Source: Nitriliruptoria bacterium (GTDB lineage Bacteria; Actinomycetota; Nitriliruptoria; Euzebyales; Egibacteraceae). Taken from it: a stretch of DNA of 24,000 bases. Positions 6,855 to 15,840 of this stretch are shown one piece after another. Numbering within the stretch: position 1 is the stretch's first letter; each line of letters begins with the position of its first letter. The notes below the pieces were generated by a model. The model was not told the origin of the DNA. It searched no databases and saw nothing but the letters and a program-made list of their open reading frames with translations. The stretch lies in NCBI GenBank assembly GCA_003553565.1, contig PWER01000019.1:2140-26139 (forward strand), in the 5' to 3' direction. The position numbers were made by a program, and so were the translations under genes.

Positions 6855-7892
6855 GTGCGTGCCGCTGAGCTGCAGGGCCTGGTCGACGCCACCGACGACG
6901 CAGGCCTGCTGGTGGCCATCGACCAGCTGTGCGGGCTGCAGGCCTGGGACGAGCTCACCGACCTGGCCGCGCGCTGCGACGCCGCGGTCGAGCTGGGCCG
7001 CCAGCTGTGGGGCGTCCGCCAGCACATCGAGTACCGGCTGGCCCTGGAGGCACCGCCCGCCTGGGCGGGAGCCGTGGTGCGACCCGGCGCCGCCCGGTTC
7101 GCGCTGGGCCCGCTGACCGAGGTGGTCGCCGAGCGCTTCACGTGGGCCGAGCTCGCCCCGCACCTCGCCGATCCCGTCGCCGCCCCCGTCGTTGCCACCG
7201 AGCGTGCGCTGCGCGGCGAGGACCTGCGTGACCTGCCGGTGGCAGCCGAGACCGACCTGCCGCCGGCGCTCGCCCCGTTCGAGCCCTCGGCCTACCCGCG
7301 GCCGACCTACCGCGACCGGGAGGCCCGCTTCCCCGGACCCGAGGCGCCCGCGCCGACGCAGGCCGTGCGCTGGCCGGATGCCGAGGTCGAGGCAGCGCCC
7401 ACTGCCCCGCCCGACGAGGCGTGCGCGGCGCTGGTCGCAGCCGGCGAGGGCTGGTCGGGCGGCGACCGCGACCGCGGGCTCTCGCTGCGCGTGGCGCGGT
7501 CAGCGACCGGCGAGCCGGCCGAGGCGGTGGCCGCGCTGGCCAACGGCGCAGCGGTGCACGCCGCTGCGATGACCACGCCGCAAGCGCTGGCATGGCTGCA
7601 GTGGGCGGCGGCATCGGGCGGGGCACGCGGCCCGCGCCGCGGCGGCGCAGCCGGGCGCTTCCTGGCCTGGGCGACGTTGGCCGACGTCAGCGGCCTGGGC
7701 TGGGACGGGACCGATGCCACCGGACTCGTCGAGGATCTCGCTGCCGCCGCCGACGAGCTGACGTGGTGGCGCTGGTGGCGCCACGACGCGCCGGAGCTGG
7801 GGTGGGTGGTGCGCCTGGCGCTGGCCGACCCGGTTGACGGTGAGGCCTACGCCGTCGAGCTGGTCGACCCGCCGCTGGAGGACGCCCGGTGA
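6855..7892 (+). CDS. Hypothetical protein, about 345 aa, no family recognised
   Basis: This is the 3' part of track ORF 6516..7892. From GTG 6855 the third codon positions are almost all G/C and the sequence looks globular (VRAAELQGLVDATDDAGLLVAIDQLCGLQAWDELTDLAARCDAAVELGRQLWGVRQHIEYRLALE...ELTWWRWWRHDAPELGWVVRLALADP). Upstream of 6855 the frame overlaps the divergent gene and reads as Arg/Pro-rich noise. The start is uncertain and there is no clear Shine-Dalgarno sequence. Confidence 0.5.
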   Translation: MRAAELQGLVDATDDAGLLVAIDQLCGLQAWDELTDLAARCDAAVELGRQLWGVRQHIEYRLALEAPPAWAGAVVRPGAARFALGPLTEVVAERFTWAELAPHLADPVAAPVVATERALRGEDLRDLPVAAETDLPPALAPFEPSAYPRPTYRDREARFPGPEAPAPTQAVRWPDAEVEAAPTAPPDEACAALVAAGEGWSGGDRDRGLSLRVARSATGEPAEAVAALANGAAVHAAAMTTPQALAWLQWAAASGGARGPRRGGAAGRFLAWATLADVSGLGWDGTDATGLVEDLAAAADELTWWRWWRHDAPELGWVVRLALADPVDGEAYAVELVDPPLEDAR

Positions 7893-7908
7893 AGGCCGCC
7901 GCGTCTGC

Positions 7909-8130
7909 CTACTCGAGGCTGGCGCGGATCCGCGCCACGAGCTCCGGCGGGGCGGACTCGCGGCAGCGCTGGGCGACCAGCGCCCGGACGCGGCGCTGGA
8001 AGTCGGCGCGGTCCATGCAGGGCGAGCAGTCGTGCAGGTGAGCGCGCACCACAGCCGCGGCCTCGGCCGTGCACTCACCGTCGAGGTAGCGCTCGATCTC
8101 GGCGAGCACCTCGTCGCAGGGATCATCCAT
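7909..8130 (-). CDS. rsrA: Zinc-associated anti-sigma factor (ZAS family), RsrA/RshA
   Basis: The 73-aa product from ATG 8130 is [56 protein letters not shown]. It carries the H-x3-C-x2-C ZAS motif plus the N-terminal Cys. The start overlaps the sigR stop by 8 nt (ATGGATGA). The longer track ORF 7909..8289 only adds the overlap with sigR. Confidence 0.9.
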   Translation of the reverse strand: MDDPCDEVLAEIERYLDGECTAEAAAVVRAHLHDCSPCMDRADFQRRVRALVAQRCRESAPPELVARIRASLE

Positions 8131-8881
8131 GGTGTGCCTGCTCCTGTGCGGCGGCGCCCTCGTGGGCGTCGTCTTGGTGCGCGCGCCCGGTGCGGCCAGC
8201 ATCGTCGCCGCGCCCCTCACCGGCCTCGCCGGCATCGTCGGGGTCGGGCCCCACGAGGCCACGACGCTGCGCGTACTCCCACAACGCACGTTGCAGGCGC
8301 TGCCTTCCCCGGTGCAGCCGGCTCATGACGGTGCCCACGGGGCTGTCCATGATCTCGGCGATCTCGGCGTAGGGGAAGCCCTCGACGTCGGCGAGGTACA
8401 CCGCGGTGCGAAAGGACTCGGGCAGCGACTGCAGCGCCTCCTGCACCTCGGCATCGGTCAGGTGCTCTAGGACCTCGACCTCGGCGGGTCGGCTGGTGGC
8501 CGCAGCAACCCGGTCGAACAGCGAGAACTCGCCGTCGTCGGGCTCGCCGTCGCCGCTGGGCTGGTCGGCAGCCACCTCCCGGGGGCGGCGCTGCGCCTTG
8601 CGCCACTGGCTGATGTAGGTGGTGTGCAGGATCCGGTGGAGCCAGGCCCGGAGGTTGGTGCCCGGCTCATATTGGTGGTAGGAGGCGTAGGCGCGCGCGA
8701 ACGCGTCCTGCACCAGGTCCTCGGCATCGGTGCGGTCGCGCGTGTAGCGCAGCGCCGCCGAGTACAGCGAGTCGAGGTGGGGCAGCGCCTCGGCCTCGAA
8801 CGTGGCGCGTCGCGTCGCGTCGTCGAGGCCGCGCCGCACCGGTCCGCGCTGATGGGCAACGCCCCCGTGGCTCTCGCTCAC
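8123..8881 (-). CDS. sigR: ECF sigma factor SigR/SigH (thiol-oxidative/heat stress type)
   Basis: Region 2 reads [68 protein letters not shown]. Region 4 reads [44 protein letters not shown]. Both are close to mycobacterial SigH as I remember it. I chose GTG 8881 (AGAGGAG about 10 nt upstream) over the track start at 8974, but the start remains uncertain. The C-terminal tail is unusually long. Confidence 0.88.
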   Translation of the reverse strand: MSESHGGVAHQRGPVRRGLDDATRRATFEAEALPHLDSLYSAALRYTRDRTDAEDLVQDAFARAYASYHQYEPGTNLRAWLHRILHTTYISQWRKAQRRPREVAADQPSGDGEPDDGEFSLFDRVAAATSRPAEVEVLEHLTDAEVQEALQSLPESFRTAVYLADVEGFPYAEIAEIMDSPVGTVMSRLHRGRQRLQRALWEYAQRRGLVGPDPDDAGEAGEGRGDDAGRTGRAHQDDAHEGAAAQEQAHHG

Positions 8882-8974
8882 GCCGCCATGACTCCTCTGT
8901 GCTGGTTCACCAGCCGCTCCTGACAGGACTCGACGACCACCGGCGCCGCAGCGAGCGCCGCACGGCACCGTCAC

Positions 8975-9080
8975 CGCCCAAGCCTACCCCGTGACCCACC
9001 AATCCCACACTTCAGAGTTCTTCACAGTACTTGTCAAACGTGCTTGATTGCTCTTGCTATCTGTTGTACACCATGCCGTC
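8975..9080. promoter_or_regulatory. Divergent intergenic region between sigR and the 9081 gene; it holds the only clearly AT-enriched stretch of the window
   Basis: Positions 9001-9075 read aatcccacacttcagagttcttcacagtacttgtcaaacgtgcttgattgctcttgctatctgttgtacacc. A perfect TTGACA lies on the - strand (9037-9032) facing sigR. TTGTCA (9031-9036) and TTGATT (9045-9050) lie on the + strand. I could not pair any of them with a convincing TANNNT -10 hexamer, so only the region is called, not a specific promoter. Confidence 0.35.
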
Positions 9081-10280
9081 ATGGATCAGCACCGCGACGC
9101 CGATGACCACCTGACCGCCTGGCTCCGCGAGCCCGCCAGCACATCCGATCCGGCCCACGACCCCGGGGGCGGGGCAGACCGCGCACCCGGCGCCGGCAGC
9201 GCCGCCGGCCAGACGACCGTGCCCGGCCCGCCGGATCTCGGTGCCTCGGCGTGGGGTGAGGACAACGACGAGCAGCGCCCGCGCCGCGTGCGCCTGTGGG
9301 CGCTGGCGACCCTGCCGTGGGTGGTGGCTGCCGGCCTGACCGCCGTGCTGCTCACCGGCGGCGAGGACGACCCGCAGGACGCCGAGGGCGCCGAGGGCGC
9401 CGACGCCGGCGACCTGGTCGAGGACCCTGCGGCGGACAGCGACGGCGACGACGCCGTCACAGCAGAGCACCACCAGGACGGGGCTGAGGCCCAGCGCGAG
9501 GACGCATCAGGCTCCGTGGGCTCGGGTGAGGCACCCGACGACAAGGACTCCGCCGCCACCGATCCGACGCCCGAGGACGGCCTCCCGCAAGGCCCCGCGG
9601 GGCAGGCGCAGCAGCGCGCCGAGGCGCTCGCGGAGGCCGCGGTGCTGGGAGCGCCCCCACGGGCGGGCAGCGCCGACGACGCAACCGCCGAGGGAGAGGC
9701 AGGCGCCGAAGGGGGCTGGATCGACCACGCTCGCGCCGAGCAGACCCGCGAGCTCGACCGCAGCCGCCTCGTCGTCACCGTCGTCGCGAGCCTGCTCACC
9801 GGCACCGAGGAGCAGTGGGAGCGCCAGCAGTCGGTGCGCTACGGCGTGCTCGTCGACCTCGAGCGCGGCCACGTGGTCGACCCGCCGTGGCCGCTGCCAG
9901 CGCCCCCGCCCCGCGACCCCGACGCCCTCGTCGCGGTGGACGACGCCGAGGATGCCGTCACCACGGCCCTGGAGGACGCCGGCTACGAGGACGTGTCGGT
10001 CTCGGGCATCCAGCGCGACGGCGATCGGACGCGCTGGGTACGCGCCGAGGTCGAGGCGCGCGCACCGGGCGGTCGCGATCGCGCCGCCCACACCGTGTGG
10101 GTGGACCGGATCGCCGAGACGGTGCTCGGCGCCGGCGCTGCGCCCGCTGCCGCTCCCGCTCCCCCAGCGGAGGGCGACGAGCCTCCGTTTGCACCCGACC
10201 CACCTCCCAACGCCACGCCAGACACCCCGCCAGAGGCCACCCAGCCCGATGCCGCATCAGACCAGGAGCAGGACCGATGA
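9081..10280 (+). CDS. Single-pass membrane protein, strongly acidic and proline-rich, unknown function
   Basis: This is track ORF 9048..10280 (TTG start); I prefer the in-frame ATG 9081. It has one hydrophobic segment (LWALATLPWVVAAGLTAVLLTG) and long Asp/Glu/Ala/Gly-rich low-complexity stretches. A more ordered C-terminal part follows (RLVVTVVASLLTGTEEQWERQQSVRYGVLVDLERGHVVDPPWPLPAPP...RTRWVRAEVEARAPGGRDRAAHTVWVD), then a Pro-rich tail. The stop overlaps the next start (ATGA). Confidence 0.6.
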   Translation: MDQHRDADDHLTAWLREPASTSDPAHDPGGGADRAPGAGSAAGQTTVPGPPDLGASAWGEDNDEQRPRRVRLWALATLPWVVAAGLTAVLLTGGEDDPQDAEGAEGADAGDLVEDPAADSDGDDAVTAEHHQDGAEAQREDASGSVGSGEAPDDKDSAATDPTPEDGLPQGPAGQAQQRAEALAEAAVLGAPPRAGSADDATAEGEAGAEGGWIDHARAEQTRELDRSRLVVTVVASLLTGTEEQWERQQSVRYGVLVDLERGHVVDPPWPLPAPPPRDPDALVAVDDAEDAVTTALEDAGYEDVSVSGIQRDGDRTRWVRAEVEARAPGGRDRAAHTVWVDRIAETVLGAGAAPAAAPAPPAEGDEPPFAPDPPPNATPDTPPEATQPDAASDQEQDR

Positions 10281-10750
10281 CCATCGCCACCCCCACGCGA
10301 CCGGCCGGGCGGGCCGGCGCGCGCCCGACCGGCCCCGCCGGCACGCGCCCCAGCAGCAACACCGGCAAGGGCACCGCCACGGCGCAGACCGCGCCGGATG
10401 CCCGGCTGGTGTCGCTGGCCCACGCGGTGGCCCGACTGTGGGTCGAGGTCGAGTCGGGCCGTCGCTCGCCCCGCTCGGTGGCGCACCTGCTCGATCACCG
10501 CCTGTACCGGCGGCTGCAGCATCGCTGGATCACCGGAGCGCCGCCGGCGCGCGTGCGCCGGGTCCACGTGCAGGCGGCCACCGCCAACCAGGTCGACGTC
10601 GTCGCCGTCGTCGAGCGCGAGGCGCGAGTGGGCGCGGTGGCGCTGCGCCTGCGCCGACGCCACGACGGCTGGTGCGTCGAGGAGGCCGACCGGCCCGAGG
10701 ATCGCACCCGCCACGTGCCGGCGGGAGCACGGGTCGCGGCAGCGCACTGA
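10277..10750 (+). CDS. Small Arg/Ala-rich protein resembling the actinobacterial Rv3235 family (function unknown)
   Basis: ATG 10277 is preceded by AGGAG at 8 nt and overlaps the upstream stop. The core is LAHAVARLWVEVESGRRSPRSVAHLLDHRLYRRLQHR...RVRRVHVQAATANQVDVVAVVEREARVGAVALRLRRRHDGWCVEE. This matches my recollection of the Rv3235-family pattern (EVLxGRRPxxQL...V...HV...EV.AVV....R..A.ALRLER..GRW.C). The family is often found near secA. The assignment is not verifiable here. Confidence 0.6.
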   Translation: MTIATPTRPAGRAGARPTGPAGTRPSSNTGKGTATAQTAPDARLVSLAHAVARLWVEVESGRRSPRSVAHLLDHRLYRRLQHRWITGAPPARVRRVHVQAATANQVDVVAVVEREARVGAVALRLRRRHDGWCVEEADRPEDRTRHVPAGARVAAAH

Positions 10751-10799
10751 CCGGCAGGATCGCCGCCCTGGTGACAGGTCGGGCTCTACCGTGGGCGCG

Positions 10800-11810
10800 A
10801 TGATCGACGCTTCCTCCTCCGACCAGGCTCCCGCCGGTGCCGATCCCCTCGACGCGGCGCTGCACGCGGTGCTGACCGACAGGGCGGCGGTGGCCGTGGC
10901 CAGCGCCGCCAGCGCCGCCCGCCTGAGCACCGGGCACCGCCACGCCGAGCGCGACCCGACCCTCGATCCCGCGAGCCTGGTCACCCGGTGGACCGGCGCC
11001 ATGGCCGCCGCACCCGAGGGGCCACACGAGGTGGTGGCGCTGCTGCCCGACGACCTGGCTGCGGCCGGCCCGAGCCATGAGGCGCTGCTGGCGGCCGCGA
11101 CGCGTCGGCTGCGCGCTGGTGGGCGCCTGGTGGTGGCTGCGCACGCGTGGCACCGCCTCGGCGGTCAGGCGTCGGTGGCGCTCACCGGTCGCGAGCTCGC
11201 CGATGCCCTCGGTCACGCCGGGCTGACCGTGACCGATGCGTGCGCGCCCGGGGCGGCCGCGCTGCTCGGTGGTCGTACCCCCACGTTCGACGAGCACGCC
11301 GACCGCACCCCCGGGCTGCGCGATGCCGCCGCGACGGTGCTGACCGTCGGGCGCCGCTGGCACGACCGCACCGAGCGCGAGGCCGCGTTCTTCGGCACGC
11401 TGCCACGCAAGGTGGTGGCCGGTGCGGTGCTGTGCCGCGACGACCAGGGCCGGGTGCTGTGCGTGCACGACTCCTTCAAGGGGCGCTGGACGATCCCTGG
11501 GGGCGTCGTCGACGCCGACGAGCGCCCGGATGCCGGTGCTGCCCGCGAGGCCCGCGAGGAGAGCGGGATCCCGGTGCGGATCGACCAGTTGCTGGGCGTC
11601 TTCGGCGCGTCGTGGCCCGACCGGCTGGTGTTCGTGTTCGCCGCGGAGCCAGACGGCCCGGCCGAGGCGCCCGCGCACCTGCACGAGATCACCGACGTGG
11701 CCTGGCTGCCGCTGGACGAGGCGCTGGCGCGCTTCGCCCCCCACACCGCCGAGCAGGTCCGCCGCTCGCTGGAGCAGCCCGGCGGGGTCTGGCAGCAGAC
11801 CATCGCGTGA
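10800..11810 (+). CDS. Two-domain protein: degenerate methyltransferase-like N-terminal domain fused to a NUDIX hydrolase
   Basis: The C-terminal half has a canonical Nudix box, GGVVDADERPDAGAAREAREESGI (G-x5-E-x7-REUxEExGU). The N-terminal half has a class-I methyltransferase-like post-motif (LLAAATRRLRAGGRLVVAAHAW), but no GxGxG SAM-binding motif precedes it (EVVALLPDD sits where it would be). The start is ATG 10800, or the in-frame GTG 10791. Confidence 0.8.
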   Translation: MIDASSSDQAPAGADPLDAALHAVLTDRAAVAVASAASAARLSTGHRHAERDPTLDPASLVTRWTGAMAAAPEGPHEVVALLPDDLAAAGPSHEALLAAATRRLRAGGRLVVAAHAWHRLGGQASVALTGRELADALGHAGLTVTDACAPGAAALLGGRTPTFDEHADRTPGLRDAAATVLTVGRRWHDRTEREAAFFGTLPRKVVAGAVLCRDDQGRVLCVHDSFKGRWTIPGGVVDADERPDAGAAREAREESGIPVRIDQLLGVFGASWPDRLVFVFAAEPDGPAEAPAHLHEITDVAWLPLDEALARFAPHTAEQVRRSLEQPGGVWQQTIA

Positions 11811-13319
11811 GCCTCACCGCCGGGCGGGGCTCACCAGCAGCGGCGCCGGTCCTCGCATCGGCGCGCCGAGGCGCTGCGGGGCCTGCCGGTCAGCCGTGGC
11901 AGTTCTTGTACTTCTTGCCCGAGCCGCAGGGGCACGGCTCGTTGCGGCCGACCTTGCGGTCGTGACGCACCGTCTGCTGGCCGCTCGCACGGCCGCGGCT
12001 GCTCGGGTCCTGACCGGTGGCACGGGCGAGCGAGCGGGGGCTGGGCGGTGCCCCGCCGACACCCACCGGCCGCGGTGCGGTGGTCACGCCGGTGCTGGCC
12101 GCCACGCCGCTGCCGCCGCCGGCGGCACCCGTGCCGGCGCTCTCGGCGGAGGTGTAGTCGAGGTTGCGCTCCGCCGGCTCGGCGTCCTGCTGGTCCCCGG
12201 TGGAGCGGCCGCCGATGAGCGCCCGTCGGCGCGTGCGCCCGTGCTCGTCCTCCTCCTGCTCGACGCGCACGGGCAGGAAGAAGAAGTAGCCGGTGGACTC
12301 CTCCTTGATGCGCGACATCATCGAGTTGAAGGCTGCGAAGGCCTCCTTCTGGTACTCGATGAGCGGGTCGCGCTGCCCCACCGCCCGCAGGCCGATGCCG
12401 TCGCGCAGGTGGTCCATCTCGTAGAGGTGGTCGCGCCAGTTGCGGTCCACCACCGACAGGATCACGCGGCGCTCGACCTTGCGGAGCACATCGGCGCCGA
12501 GCTCCTCCTCGCGCGCGCTGTAGCGGTCGAAGGCGTCGGCGAGCAGCGTCTCGGCGAGCTGCTCGCGTGACAGGTCGCGCACCGGGCCGAGGTCCTCGAG
12601 CGCCACGGTGACGGGATAGACCCGGCCAAGGACGGTGAAAAGCTCGTCGAGGTCCCACTCCTCGGGCAGCACGCCCTCGGGGGCGTAGGTGTCGATGTGC
12701 CCGCGGATCGCGTCCTCGATGAAGTCCTCGGCGATCTCCCCGACCTCCTCATCGGGGCCCTCGAGGACGGTGTTGCGCTGCTGGTAGATGACCTGGCGCT
12801 GGTCGTTGAGGACGTTGTCGTACTTCAGGACCTGCTTGCGGCGCTCGAAGTTGCGTGACTCGACCTGCGTCTGGGCGCGCTGCACCGCCTTGGTGACCAT
12901 CTTCGCCTCGATGGGCTGGTCCTCGGGCAGGTTGAAGCGCTCCATGATCGACTCGACCGCGCTGGCGTTGAACAGGCGCAGCAGGTCGTCCTCGAGCGAG
13001 AGGTAGAAGCGGCTCGCGCCGGGGTCGCCCTGGCGGCCCGACCGGCCACGCAGCTGATCGTCGATCCGACGCGACTCGTGCCGCTCGGTGCCGCACACGT
13101 ACACGCCACCGGCCTCGCGCACCTGGTCGCCCTCGACCTTGCAGGACTGCTGGGTCTCCTCCAGGGCGGCCCCGAAGGCCTCGGTGTAGGCCTCGGGATC
13201 CTCGTCGGGGTCGACCCCCTCGCCGGCGAGGCGCTTGCGCGCCAGCTCATCGGCCTGAGCCTCGGGGTTGCCGCCGAGCATGATGTCCACGCCGCGCCCG
13301 GCCATGTTGGTGGCCACCG

Positions 13320-14759
<1,440 letters not shown>

Positions 14760-14812
14760 GTCGTCGCCTTTCGCGGGGGTGACGCGTCAAGGGGCAAGTG
14801 TAGGCGCGTCCG

Positions 14813-14840
14813 CGGGCCGGGGCGCGAGGGCCCCGGCCCG
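14813..14840 (-). terminator. GC-rich hairpin downstream of hpf, a candidate intrinsic terminator between hpf and secA
   Basis: The stem cgggccggggc (14813-14823) pairs with gccccggcccg (14830-14840) around the 6-nt loop gcgagg, giving 11 bp. It lies about 64 nt after the hpf stop. No U-tract follows on the - strand, which is common for actinobacterial terminators but lowers confidence. Confidence 0.35.
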
Positions 14841-14903
14841 ACCCGTCCGACGGCTGGTGTGCGGCCCCGGTGCTGCGACGTCAGCGCTCGCTGGGCCGCG
14901 GCG

Positions 14904-15551
14904 TCAGCGCTGGGCGGTGGCCTCGACCTCCTCGAGGTCGGCGTCGGGGTCGGTCTCCAGCCCCTCGATCAGCCCGAGCTGGCCATCCCGGCGGCGATAG
15001 ACCACCGCGCACTGACCGTTGCCCTCGTTGACGAACAGGTAGAAGTCGTGGCCGAGCAGCTCCAGCTGCCAGGCGGCCTCCTCGGGCTGCATCGCCTTCA
15101 TGGGGAAGGCCTTGCGGCGGACGATGGCCGGCCCGGGATCCGAGGGTCCCTCGCCGACGCCGGCAAGCGCACCGTCGCCGTCGATGCGGTCGGTGGGCGC
15201 CAGCTGCCCGGCCACCTGGGGCGCGGGCTGGGGGCGGCTGCGCTTCTTGCTGCGGTCCACCTGGCGGCTCTTGTAGCGCCGCAGCTGGCGCTCGAAGCGC
15301 CCGATGGCCACGTCGATGGCCTCACGGTGGTCCGGGCCCGCGCCCTCGGCGCGGATGTGGTGGCCCTTGGTGCGAGCGGTCACCGCCACACGCGCCGGAT
15401 CGGGGATCCGCGCGTTGCCCTCCTCGCTGAACTCGACCTCCACTCCGAGCAGGCGATCGAAGATCCGCGCGGCGTGGTGCACCTGCTCACGGGCTTGGTC
15501 CTTCAGCCGATCAGGAGGCTCGCAGTTCTTCGCGGTGACGATCACGTCCAT
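14904..15551 (-). CDS. hpf: Ribosome hibernation promoting factor, long form (S30AE/YfiA N-domain plus C-terminal dimerisation domain)
   Basis: The product begins MDVIVTAKNCEPPDRLKDQAREQVHHAARIFDRLLGVEVEFSEE...AVTARTKGHHIRAEGAGPDHREAIDVAIGRFERQLRRYK. The C-terminal domain reads IVRRKAFPMKAMQPEEAAWQLELLGHDFYLFVNEGNGQCAVVYRRRDGQLGLIE. I chose ATG 15551 because GGAAGGAG ends 7 nt upstream. ATG 15557 (MAMDV) is an alternative. The track ORF extends spuriously to 15797. Confidence 0.9.
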   Translation of the reverse strand: MDVIVTAKNCEPPDRLKDQAREQVHHAARIFDRLLGVEVEFSEEGNARIPDPARVAVTARTKGHHIRAEGAGPDHREAIDVAIGRFERQLRRYKSRQVDRSKKRSRPQPAPQVAGQLAPTDRIDGDGALAGVGEGPSDPGPAIVRRKAFPMKAMQPEEAAWQLELLGHDFYLFVNEGNGQCAVVYRRRDGQLGLIEGLETDPDADLEEVEATAQR

Positions 15552-15605
15552 GGCCATGCTCCTTCCGACGTGGTGTCCCGGACATGCCCGGCACCGCCCC
15601 GCGGG

Positions 15606-15688
15606 CCGGCCGGGCGCTGACACGAAGCGACCCCGGCCACCGGCCGGGCGCTGACACGAAGCGACCCCGGCCACCGGCCGGGGTCGCT
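15606..15688. repeat. 34-bp tandem duplication (ccggccgggcgctgacacgaagcgaccccggcca, 2 copies plus a partial, diverged third) in the comF-like/hpf intergenic region
   Basis: Copy 1 (15606-15639) and copy 2 (15640-15673) are identical. Positions 15674-15688 (ccggccggggtcgct) repeat the first 9 bp of the unit and then diverge, which completes a perfect hairpin. Confidence 0.85.
15660..15688 (-). terminator. Perfect 13-bp-stem hairpin, a candidate terminator of the comF-like gene; a second, bulged copy follows it
   Basis: agcgaccccggcc (15660-15672) pairs with ggccggggtcgct (15676-15688) around a 3-nt loop. On the - strand RNA it is followed by UCGUGUC, then by a near-identical hairpin formed by the upstream repeat copy (one bulge). 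It lies about 150 nt downstream of the comF-like stop and about 110 nt upstream of the hpf start. Confidence 0.45.
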
Positions 15689-15840
15689 GGGCGCGCGGTC
15701 TCGAAGCGAGGGTCGTGCGGCTGATGCCCCACCATGGCCCTCCGACGGCGCGATCGGGTCGACCCGCATCATGTCCCCCTGCCGCGGTCGTAGGCAAGTC
15801 CTTTCGTGGCCGCCGACGGGCAGGCCCCGATCAGACCCGC

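Noticed and set aside
8882-8974. N-terminal extension of sigR to the track start at 8974 (283 aa)
   Set aside because: The extra residues ([31 protein letters not shown]) are unlike SigR/SigH N-termini, and GTG 8881 has a good AGAGGAG Shine-Dalgarno sequence. A longer isoform is known for Streptomyces SigR, so it cannot be fully excluded.
8980-9006. Possible SigR/SigH autoregulatory promoter (GGGAT-N19-CTT on the - strand)
   Set aside because: It has mismatches in both the -35 (GGAAT) and the -10 (GTT) elements, and the spacer is one base too long. This is not distinguishable from chance in this sequence.
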